The notes below the pieces were generated by a model. It made no database searches. It was not told where the DNA came from and saw nothing but the letters and a program-made list of their open reading frames with translations. DNA of 64,000 nucleotides from Phoronis australis (lineage: Eukaryota; Animalia; Phoronida), in contig NMRA01000411.1 in assembly GCA_002633005.1 (NCBI GenBank), positions 101,266 through 165,265 of the forward strand, written 5' to 3'. Each line of letters begins with the position of its first letter. Position 1 is the stretch's first letter. The position numbers and the translations under genes were made by a program. Below, piece after piece: positions 48,832 through 61,800 of this stretch.

Positions 48832-51800
48832 CTGAAGGTGAATAAAGGTTGCTTAGGGCTGCTATGCATTAGTTTTCTCCCGAAATGCCTAGTCCACTGA
48901 CCTATAGGGACCTTCGGTCAATTATAGAAATACAATCAGACTTAGCTAAACTTGTGAAACAACAGCTACGACTTACCAAATCAAATAACTTCAAACTTTT
49001 CAACAACTCGAATACTATTAATCAGCGTATGTCACAGCACAATGTCAAGGGCAAGAATAATGCTTGAATACTATTTCCAGAAACACACAAATATGCATGG
49101 TTATTGACTTTATTTTACCAGTACTCACTGTGAGGCAAAGAAGGCCACCCATGGGAAGCGAAGGTCATGAGTGTCCACAAACACATTCTGGACAAACACG
49201 TTGGGTGAACAGTTATGCTGGAAATATGCAAGGAGAACATGAACATACTGAGTGAACATTTGTGCTACAAACACACAGGATGAACCCATAGGGTGAACAA
49301 TTGAGCTACATGTACATAAATTGAACAGGGTCACCTTGATGTTGCTGGAGCAAGTTTGGCAAGTACGGATAAATTCAAACTTAAACCGATTTTCCTGTAT
49401 TTTGTACATTGAAACGAACCATAACCTTTGAACCAGATTCAAAAGGCTCCCATAGTTGTGTGTCCATGTAGCCTCCAACAATTGGGGAAAATTCAATTGG
49501 GGTTCCTGGAAAATTCTGATCCCCAATTATTTTTAGAGAAAGTAAGGACAGGTGATTTGTGTACCTAGATCACAGCTCCTGATTTGTTTCAAGGTACAAC
49601 ATAAAAACAATTGCTTTTAATTTGAAGTTTAACTGTGGTACTCGCCAAACTCGTGACCAGTAACTTAAAGTGAACACGAGCTGGAAATACAAAAGATGAA
49701 CACACATGATGAACAGTTGAGCAGGAAATCCATGAACTTGAGCACAGTAAGTGAAACACTGTGCTGGAAATAAACAAGATTTGATACACATGGTGAACTG
49801 TCTATCAATCGTTACAACTGATGAGCATGAACCCATTAAGGTAATTGATGTCCTCCGTGGATTTTCACCACGAATTCTTTATTCTTCATAACAATTTTGA
49901 AATGACTATGGTGAAGATGTGAACACTGTGCAAATGAACAAGATGAACAAATACACATCAAGTGGATGAACACCAACAGTACAAGACAAAAGTATTTAAA
50001 CAGAATACCATTTCCCTGTCACGAGTAATTCTGTTAAACAGCAAATTAAAATTACTGGTAATAACTATTAGGGCAGCAAAGTTCTAATTACAGAATGACT
50101 CTGCCATCGTACTAATTATTCTGTTAATTCCCCTTCATTCTCGGTCATCAGGGGAGACTACTCTGACGGTCATCAGGAGAGACTACTCTGACGGTCATCA
50201 GGGGAGACTACTCTGACGGTCATCAGGGGAGACTATTCTAACGATGAATTTGGCTCCTGCCCAGCCGTCAGGGAAATATGGATCATATTGTTTGATTATT
50301 TTTGGCCTGTACTGTACATGAAAAGTACACACGAACACAATTAAGGAACAGATCAATATGGCTGTCTTGTGGTTAGAGTTAGTTTGTGAACATTTGACCA
50401 CACGTACGTATTACCTTTCTCAATATCACAGGTAAAAGGTAGTCACAGCTGAGCGCAATATCATGTAACACCATGAGTGACAATACAAACACTACGTATG
50501 CAATGAAATTAAATGAATCAGCAGTACTCACATTACTGACTCATTAAAATTTTGAATCTTAATAAGTCTGCCAAACAACTAAACGGAACGACAATGAAAA
50601 TTTTCAAATAACTTCCAAAAATATAAAGACACAACATCATGAACAAAAAACAACATCAAAAAGATTTTTATCAATACTGTCACCCATTGTCTACTTACGT
50701 TAAGATATCTCCCAATATTGCCAATAGATTTAGCGTCCATAATGTAACACATCTCTTTACTGCCAAAGTAACTTCTCATTGGTCGACGTTCTTCGTCTTC
50801 CTTCTTCCCAGCTAAAATGTGTGATTGGACGACATAAACACAGCAACTAGTACCATATTGCTGAATGCCAGCCCGCAGACAGATTGGACCGCTCGGGGGA
50901 TTTCATCTATCGTTCAAGAGTTGGTTTTCAAATGTACTTTGGAACAGTTGTAAGCTTGTAAACATTTGGTGACATCCTACATCAGTTGGTGACTTGTAAA
51001 CAATATGACAGAAAACGACACTTTTTGCTTAAGCAACACCAAATTGAAAGCACGGTTATACTGTGACACACTATTTGACGTGAGTGTGACAAGCAACAGC
51101 CACAGAAAAATAAGACTGAAAGCCAGCCTCACAGTGAATCGACTAATTAGTTACAATCTTGTGCAAGATTCTCGAGGCACGAGACATTCAATCACGCTAA
51201 AGCTAAATCTCACCACCTAAACACAAATCAGGTTACATGCCCACAACTGATCCGTGATGTCACAGGAAGTTTACGAGACGGCATCCGTCCCACAATGCAT
51301 TAAACAAGAGCAACGCAGAGCGTTGAAATGCGCCCACAATTGCACCGCATATGGTATCCTTCTAGGGTTGTTTATTGGTACCATAAAGTGGCCAGTAGAG
51401 GGCATATATGTAGTATGTTGTACTTTGCAAAATGGAAAGGCATGGTCCTTGTCTCCTCAATAGGCTAGGGGCAAAATGTGAGTAATCTTCATAATACAAG
51501 CACATCCTATACACCAGTTGCTTAAAGCACCACAGAAACACAGAATTAAAAACAAATTTACCAACATACGAGATTAGCACAGCATTAGAATGCCAGAAAC
51601 AAATTTCTACTTGGAACTTTTCCTTCATAGTCACGAAGTAACACAAAGNAAAATGACAGCAACGCCGTAAATGAAATCCCTGAAAAAGGCACATGGACAA
51701 AGAAGTTGAGTACGAATGCTATGATGGGCCTAATGCATCCAAGCTGTCTTGTTAAACTTCAACACCTTCTATGTATGTAATTCATTTGTTTGATAAGGAT

Positions 51801-52749
51801 GAAATTCACTCACCTGCTGGAGCCTCTCTCTGAGCTTGAGGCGTCATCAAAAACTGACTTTTATTCTTAGATCGAGTTGTCCTTTGATTGCCACCAACTA
51901 AAAAAACAATCACGTGTATTAACCAAAATTTAACCAAAGCTTACCAAGTGAACAGAAAAAAGGCAAATTAATTTAAACGATGATGAAATTCTGATGGGTC
52001 TACGGTCCAGAGTAGTGCACACATTTATTTATGCTGGATGTGGCTCCAGTTATATTGGCAAAACTATTCACCATTTGAAAACTCATATCAGGGAACATCT
52101 AAATTCTGACAGAAGTTCACATATTAATATTCATCTGCACAGCTCCAATCATTGTTATGAGCAATGTTCATTCAATGACTTTGCTATAACAGACCAAGCA
52201 GAAACAGCATGGGAGCTGAAAATTTGTGAGGCTCTACATATCAATTGGTGAAACCCCAGTCTCAATAAGCAACTGACACACCACAGGTTGTCATTGTTAG
52301 TCCAGTCTACTGTTACTCCTCTGTAACTGACAGTGTCTGTGTATCATTACTTGTTGTTGGGCCTGGCAGGATGGTAACTGTTTTTGCTTCCGAGGATGGT
52401 GTTTTAACAAACACAAAAACATGTCAAGCCAATTTAAATCCACCCTTTTTGTCCACATTTAAACACCACTTTAAGACAGGGGTGCTATAAAATGTCTGCA
52501 CATTGTTTTCGTTATCCAGTCAAGTATTGAGTCAAGTCTAACTGAGGACCAGAGTGTCCAATAAGAGGTGCAAACACAACATTCCATCAAGACAGCGTGA
52601 ACAGATGGTATAATAAATTCAAACTGAAACAAATATATTATTAATGATTGCCTGTTTATTTATTTACTTATTTTAAACGAAGACCATGCTGGATATTAGC
52701 CTTTGGCTAAAGCATGTTTTACATTTATTTTTATCCTCTTTAAATAAAG

Positions 52750-52803
<54 letters not shown>

Positions 52804-55800
52804 ACGTTACCCTCTTCATCAGGTTCCTCTTCTATTTCAGCATCAGTTCGAATCTCTATTGGAACAATTAAATCATAATTAGTAAACACCTGCATCTACA
52901 TCACAATAATTAAACCATTCCTTAAATAAAGCTAATTACAAATCCCATTATTATTACAGGCAGAGGCAATTCGCCTTTCTTCAGTATCAGGTAGAAATCA
53001 TCTGAAATCACAAGTTTGTAAGGTTTACATACTAAACCGCATTTAGTAAAAGCATAAATTATAAGATGGTTCAATGAAATCAAAATAATGACTGAATCCT
53101 TTTCTAAATTATCAAAACTACAGAATGATTCAACACTACAAGCAAAGCCACTTACCACCAATCTTCAAACCCGAGATTCCTCCAGAGGGTGCATCTTTTT
53201 CTGCAGACATAAAAGCAAAGTTTTCATTCACTGTGTGATGTGCAACACTATCAAAAGCCTTACAAGAATCACTAAAAATGAACACACATGCAGTTATTAC
53301 TTGTGTTGCTTTTGCAGAAACTCTAGTCCATTGCAACTCCCCTTGTATTTACTATTGACTTCTCTCCACCAGCGATATCAGATTCGTCACTACATGGTAC
53401 TCCACCATCTCATTGTATATAGTGACCTCTAGCCAGTACTTCCGTAGGAGAGGATTTAACCTTTTGCCATAGCAGGGGAGTGCCACAACACCTATTTTGA
53501 GAGGAGTTGCGATGACAGTCAAAGTCCAGGAGACGTGCGACACGACGTCAACAAGAAAGCAACGCATCCTCTTGGGAACAAGCCAGGCAATCCAAGAAAT
53601 TTAAGGTTCATACAAGACTCTGCGTAAAATCAAAGTATTATCAAGCACTTTCTTGAGATTTGAATGCCTGGTGTCACTTCGAATGTGTAGAGGGCTTGAC
53701 AGAAGGAAGAACACCAAAGAACACCGGACAGACAAGATACATGTTGATACCTGCACTATCGGAACCGACTCTTTTAATGCGCAACTTTGGGATGCCGCCA
53801 TGTTCCTGATGGACGAGATCTGAGAAGAGAGAGTAAGAAGGACAGCATGGGTTAGCTGCAGTAGCCATGGTTACCTTAAGGGGTCACCAGGGGTGGGGGT
53901 ACAGTGAGAGACTGACAAGAGGACTGAGAACAATTTCTCGATAACACTTGTTACACGTTAATTCTGATTCTCCTGCTAATACTTTATAACCATACGGATG
54001 TTTAGCGATGATGTACCTGCCACAATAAATAACACGATGTGGACCCACAAATAGGAATAGAAATGCAGTCACATCACATTTTCAATAAATTTGCGGGTCT
54101 TGGACGTTTTCCAATTCAGCTAACCACGGAGGCGATTTAGTTTTATAAAATTAAGTCTTAGGATTAATAAGTGTGCTGTGACAACAATTGCTCCCATTTT
54201 ATGCTCCTGGGGAGTTGAGAAGGATTAACATTGACTGAGTCCATAGGCAGATAATAATTTTTCAAAGTGCGCAGTAATTTACAGCTCTATGTGAGTCTAG
54301 TGTAATTATTATAATTATTATTATTATAGTTTTTAACTTTGGCATTTTAACTTCATTTGACTGGGTCTAAAATGTCAAAATGACATCATACTGAACAGGC
54401 GAACAGTCCCATTGAGCCGAATAACGAAAAACCTTATTCGCAGTAAATTTCCATTTTTGTCAATAAGGGTACAACGTTTGGAACAAGACATTTAACACTG
54501 TTAGAATCCACATGCTAATGACTCATCAACCTGGGCGTGCACCTCATGTACATAATCTAGTAAAGAAGTCAGCAGTGAGTTAGAAAAGGCAATTCTCTGT
54601 GAATTTTGAAATTTCGAACAACTACATGTACACGCGCGTAATTTTACAAAATTTCCACCTTTGGTTTATACACTTATCCAAAATTCAGGTTAAAAACAAT
54701 CTTCATGCAATGCTACGTTAATTAATACCACTGATGCCTTTCTAGATACTCTTGTTTCATAACAGCATGTATTGTAATTGGCAATATTGTGTTCTAAGCC
54801 GAGTTGAAGGTTCGATGACATTGGCTTTCTAAAAGCATCTACGCATACTTGCACGTAACGTTTAAAGCAACTAGAAGCATTATGATTGGAAACCATTAAC
54901 TGACAACTAAATGTGAAAATTCTGCAAGTATTCAAATATCAGGTAAATAGTCTGCGTGTACATAACTTGAAGAAAGAAGCTGCAGCAGATGAAACGTGGC
55001 CATTTTTATTTGAAGTAAGTCCAGTCTGAATTCATAGTTGTTCCTATATTCTGTCTACTGGGTGACTAATAATAATTTACATCAATGTCAAGACACAGGA
55101 GTTTCATAAGTGAAATACACTTATTATGTGGCAATTGTTAGTTTTCTGATCCATCATTGGGAATTTTTGGACATCTTACATAAATATGTTGGATTTTATC
55201 AAAAAATACACCAAGAAATATAATGTATATAATGGGTTTTTATATGAATATGTAAATATTGGGTTTTACAAAGTGATTACCATGTGAAAGGTACTATATG
55301 TTTACACCGGGTCTTACAAAAAGATAATGAAATGTACAAAAGTAAGATTTACAGTACAACACCAAAATAAACATACTGAACATAAAACTGATAACAGCAA
55401 CCAGAACTGCAAGACAGAAAATAAAACCTAGTTACGGGGGTTAGCTACCAATTACTATCCTCATCTAGTGTTCAGGTAAGGAATAACTCAATTCCTATTA
55501 ACATATTTATAACTGGGGTCATCAGCACCTTCCAAGGGGTTCTCACTCACATTGCACAACACCTAGCCAGCTCCCGCTTGGTTTTAATTCCCTCTCGAGA
55601 ACCCTACCCAGAACTACCTCAGTGCGACTGTGTCTTTTTATCCTGTTCAGTATTCAGTAAAAATCATTTATTTGTCTGATTTCCTTAAGTCATGAAATGA
55701 CATCTAATCTGAATAACATACAAAGTGAGATCTACTAACTGTGTCTACTTATTGATTTATGTGTTCATTTAAAGCTGTATATCTCTCCGTTTAGCTGCCT

Positions 55801-58800
55801 AAAAACAAAAATCGAATTAAGTGTTTTACTCTTATAAAATTGGTCTCAAAATTTTTCATTACCATGACAGTACGACTTGCTTTCAGTTACCAAGAGCTTC
55901 ATTGGATAAGTGGTCAAGTTCTCAAGATAACGCTACGAAAAAATCCCGGAAGGAGGATGGATTGGGGGTTTATATGATCAAATAACATGAACGCAACAGA
56001 GAATGAATGAACAATGCAACAATTAGTGCAAGCGCAGGTCCATGCTCACAATGCAATCCAACAAACCAAAAATAAAGCTAGCCACAACCTGCAGATACAA
56101 GCACCCACATGCAGACAACTGAGATCACAAAACAAGTTGTATAACATTCAGTCTATGGTAGAACACACTAACAGAGGCCAAGAAATTTTCTTAACCAAAG
56201 TAGTCAGATAGTATGGAACCTACTGGTATGTACATATCGTCCTCAAGTCATAAGAATGCACCAATGGGACTTCAATAACAATTAATTAATTCCCATTTCC
56301 CAAAAAGTCAAGGCTGTAATTTCTTAATAAGTACTTTGTAAAAAAATAATAAAAAACCCACAAGGGGGTGCCACAATAATCGAACTCGTCCGAAAATCAA
56401 AGTCAGCCGTGGCCTTCTCTTCTCAGCAGAAACAAATACACTAATTTCCATTATGATCTTTCTAATGATTTGGCTGGTAGAGAGGCGGACGTCAAAAAAT
56501 GGACTCGACAATAATAAAAATGTCCTTAGGACAGTGTCTACATGCACAGGCGTCAGAACTCATGAGAAATTACCAAAGACTGGATTTGAAGCTGCTTAGA
56601 GCCAATATATCTCATGTACTCAATGAAACAGTAATTATAATACATATTTATAGAATAGTGGCATTTTGAGCATCATTTTTTACAATGAATTGAAAATAAA
56701 ATTCCATACGCATGTCACTGCCACTCACCAGAGATCAAAGTTCCGGGATTCGTGTTGTCTGTGCTTGCCTTAGTACCCAAGACATCTGGAAGTTCTAGTG
56801 ACGTCTCCATGCTCTCCTGCGATTGGTTGTTTTCACCCTCGTCATCACTATCGACAATGACGACATCGTTAGTCGGCGTGGGTATTTTGTTGACCCACTC
56901 GGCTGTGTTCTTGAGACGTTTAGCGCTGCTGCACTCTTGTGCATCCCTGTAGAAAAATCATCCACAGTAACCTCTCAACAAAAGGACTTAGTATTGAACT
57001 TGTCTAGACAACCTAATTTTATGCGATAACAGAAAAAGGACAAATTCATGAAAATTCCCAAAATTAGGCGTTTCAAACGGAAATAAGGGTTTCAGTAGTA
57101 CATGTCATAATTCTTATGTTGAGAATATATGAAGCCATCAAATTGTTTCCCCAAAACCGATTCTAGCCATCAATCAACGATGGTTTTCCAGCAAAGATGT
57201 TCATGTGGTTGGTCATTTTTTCACAAGGTGGCGCCATTCTTTCTCCGATTTTGAGACACAGAAAAACAGCCTAAAAATATTTTCAACAAGCTCGTTGAGC
57301 CAGTCACCTTTATCAACACAGAAAGCCTAGCTTCATTAATTGGTAACCATTAATTGAATAACATTACCTGTAAGCAACATAAATGAAGCTTTGGTAAATT
57401 CTGTCACCAAGCAAATCTCATTTACTTACACAGTGGTGAACAAAATCCCATGACCAGTTTGTATATGAAAACTTAGCTCATGCCACATTGCTGTGGAACC
57501 TTCTATAAGTACGCAAAAAAATCTTGAGCAATATTGTCCAAGTTTAAACAATATTGTCCAAGCTCAAATAATATTGTCTGAGCATGAATAATATTGTCCA
57601 AGCTTGAATAATATTGCCCAAGCTTGAATAATACTGTTCAAGCTTGAATGATATTGTCAAAACTAAAATAATATTGTACAAGCTTGAACATTGTCAAAGC
57701 TTGAATAACATAAGATTACACAAGCTTGAATAATACTGTACAAGCTTGAATATTCTCAAAGCTCAAACAATATTGTACAAGCTTGAATAATACAGGGCTT
57801 GGAATGACCAATGACAAAAAACGCGGAAACTTTGAAACTTGTGCGGCCCAAATCATGCCCGATAAACAGTCTTGAAATGGTCAATGTGAACCTTTCCCCG
57901 ACAACAATCGGGAGGACTAAAGAAAAAAAAAAACGTTACCACCATCAGTAGCATGCGTCTGCGTCCTTTTAGCTCGCCCGTCCACTCCCAACCCACACAT
58001 TTTTGGCTGCAGAGCGGTAGTATTTCCCGCCGCGCTTAACAATAACACGAGACGCCATTGAAAATCACATCACGCTGTCCCAGATGCCCCGGCAATGTTG
58101 ACAATTTACGTTCCTCCGAAACATAAAGAGCAACTTCCGCTTTTCGAGGTGAACGTCGTCTGCAACGCCGCGGTAAGAAAGGAATTTGCCACGGAAATTT
58201 TATATTAAATCCGATTTTTTTAAGCGGAAATATTATAAAAAAAGCGGAAAGCACATTTGAAAAAAGCGGAAATCCGCGTTTCCGCGGAAAATTCCAAGCC
58301 CTGATAATATTGTCCAAGCTTGAATATTTGCCAAGTCTGAAGGAGAAATGGTTTAGCTCGCTTAATCTTGCCAGTGATGTTTATTAAAGCTTGATAAATG
58401 TTTTCGTACCATCCAGGAACTTTGGGGCTATCTTTGCCATTCCCTGCCTTTTCCTGCTCCTGCTGTCCTTTGGTTTTCCGCCGTGTGCTGAAATTCAATA
58501 ATTTAGTGTTCTTGAAACAACTGTTATGACCAGAAACAACCAAAAAAAAAAATCAATTATGAACTGCCTCATAACGACAAAATGCTTGCAATTCACACAA
58601 TTATTTCAGTCAATCATTGAACAACATTACAGGTGGAATTTATAAGGTGACTGCACAGGGTGGCTTAGTGGTACAATAACTAAGCTTTTAACATTCTACC
58701 TTATCTCCCGTTCAAACGTTGGTAGATCTCTAGCACTAGCACTGGACTCGGTCGTGTTGGCGGAGAAACTGAAACAACAAAACAGCACAGACACTACAAT

Positions 58801-61800
58801 GGCCGCTAGAAGACCGCACCTATTTCAACTCCAGAAAATTCAAAGGACAATAAATCCCATTTCCATCTGTGTTAGACCCCCCACCACTATCGGTTTGATC
58901 TCTAAGTCTTCCTTAGTCAAATCAGAGACAAATTTTTAGCTTGGAAGCAACAGGCAGATCATCATTGCTTGGGAACAAATGCTAAAGGTTGGCTTATCAT
59001 GGTGGGTCATTTTTACGCGTAGAACGTAACACATAAACATTTTTTCCAAGCCCAGTATTCACTTCTCGTTTGAACTAAGAACAACATGAGATCAGTTTCA
59101 TAGTGTTAAGCGGTCTAAATACAAAGTTAGTTTCTCTGACGGATCCCTGGTACAGTGCTGCTCCAAGTAACTAATGAAACATGAAGCTTAACACACAAAT
59201 CATCTCAACATAAAGAACAGAACGTAAAACGAAAAATTAACGTGGCAATATAATAAGTTAGGATAATCCTAGTGAATACTAGGCGAGATATGAACTTCAA
59301 TACTTGAATACAAAATAAGCTCTGACTTTCAAATCTCTTTCTATACCCAACACACAGTGTGTATCACTTTGGTTTAAACCAAACCAGTTTGACACCGTCA
59401 AATCAGTCACATTGTGTGTTGAACATTGCTACACCAACAACCACAAAAACTCTGCTATATGTTGAAAATAGCTGTATCAACATCCGCAGTAACTATTTTA
59501 CATGTTGAAGACTTTTACATCATCAAGTCACAATAACTCTCATGTGCGTTGAGCATTCCTATATCAACAGTCACAATAACTCTCATGTGCGTTGAGCATT
59601 CCTATATCAACAGTCACAATAACTATAATGTGTGTTTAGCATTCCTTTTTCAACAATCACAATAACTATGTGTATCGAATACTCCAATATCATCAAGTCA
59701 CAAAAACTATTGCTGCATTGAGGGCCCTCTTGGAAAGCAGTGCTATCACTGAAGAGGCCATCCTCATTTTAAATATCACAATAATAAAAAAAATAAAAAA
59801 ATGCATGTTGAAACACATCTATACCAACAGTTACAATATCTGCATCACTTCTTGGGACACTTCTGTATTAACAGCCAAAATAATTAAGTAATGTGATGGA
59901 AACTCCTCCGTCAACAGCTGTCATAATTACTTAAAGCCACATACGTATCTTCGTCGTCATCATCTTCTTCACTAGAACTCGAGCCCTCCGTCTCCTTGCC
60001 CAGGCCTTCATCGTCTTCAACATCTTCTTCATAGCCCTCCTTCACATTCTCCACCACCTCTATGTAGTCCAATTCTGCAAGGTACTCATCCCCATAGGCC
60101 TGGCCATCCTGTCAACAACATACCAATGGTTGAGTCTATTTTGACAAAACTCTACGGTAACCTCTATCGGCAAGTCATAATTTGACTATTCAGCATTTGC
60201 CAGCAATGTTACCCAAAACATCTGATGCTTGATAATGACACTTGGAAATCTCCTCATAAAACTCCCCACTAAACACTCATATGTAGAGTCGTTGTGAATA
60301 TAATATTCCGACATAAAATCTTGGCTTAAAGATGTATTTGCATGCTCGTGTTTAACAGGAACTAAACGACAATGCTATTTTAACATAGTCTACACTAAAC
60401 AAAGTGCAGTTGTATTCACTGACAACTTACAAATGTGAAACCAAAAAAAAAATCTGCAGTCTACACTAAACAAAGTGCAGTTGTATTCACTGACAACTTT
60501 TAAATGTGAAACTAAAAAAAAAATCTGCAAATACGTGACCTTTTCAATAATAACGCACCTCGCGGGCACACAGGTTATTCCCCAGCACCACGTCATGATA
60601 CTCACTGAATATGGTTTAGTGATTTGTGGCAGATCATTTTCGCCATATAACTCGTTCTTAAAACTTACTTTATATTCAAATTGTCGCTATATGTTGTATT
60701 TCTAACTGCTTTGACCAAGCAGTCACAGAGATAAGGAATAAGTTCCACTTAAAAGTGTATGTCACTATTTGAAAAGAAGGACATTTTGTTACTCATCTTA
60801 TGACTCAGCTTGCTTTGAATTCTTAAAAAACTTTAGGATCTTCAAAGTATCAATATCTTAAAGTTTTACTATCCAGTTTCACTTGATATGTGAAGGCTGT
60901 GTTCCTGACAACACGTAATTCAAACTCTACGGGAATTAAGACATTCACGAACATAATCGAAAGTCCATGTCCATGGCCGTGAGGGGTTTGTAGACATCCT
61001 TGGAATCAGTAAACTGGACTGTCCTGTTTTGGCGATGAATGACTAATCTAATCTCCTACGACTTCAAATTCATAGCATTTTTTTTAACTTGACGCATGTT
61101 AGCCAAACTAGTCAAGACAAAATCCCAACTCGTTACTGTGACGAGTCAAATCAGGTTGTGAGGATCAGTGGAAAGTAGTCCAAAAAGAGACCAACTCAAC
61201 AAATGTATAGTTCAGCATGGCTTACCTCATTGGCCCCTTGCTCTGTGAGAAGAGACCAACTCAACAAACGTATAACTCTGCATGGCTTACCTCATTAGCC
61301 CCTTGCTCTGTGAGAAGCTGCCCAGCATAGATACAAATAAAGCCACCATTAGGAATGTCATCTAAGCACCTTAACCCCCAACCCCTGAAAAGAAGTTCAC
61401 AAGAATACAGTCACATTATCCACATAAGAGGCAGAACTGAATACTAATATCGCGGCAAACTTTTGAAAGAAGTTTCATTGCTATATAATGCTACGTTATT
61501 GTTGGCAAATGTTCAGCGCCACCTATAGCTCATATATGATACAGGGAGAGATTTAAAGCAGAGGAATTCACAGCGTACTTGAAATCTACTTGCTGTCACC
61601 AGCCTGTCGAATTACCATAACAATCACTACTGTGCGGCGAGATGTTCAAATAACTTCAACAAAAATCGTACAAACAACGTCCATAAAAAGCCGAGGTCAG
61701 CAAATATTGGTGGATGAAACAGGTACTGCCAACACACTCCATGCCCGAACATAGAACACAGAGGGATTAAGTGGAAAATGCCATCACTACAATCAAAGTG

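Noticed and set aside
51392-51405. CTCF-like motifs (also near 21812, 57222, 61515)
   Set aside because: Isolated partial matches, several inside repeats; not supportable without binding data.
53330-53415. Exon-like stretch ([18 protein letters not shown]) in a SETDB1 intron
   Set aside because: No pyrimidine-rich acceptor and no phase-compatible donor.
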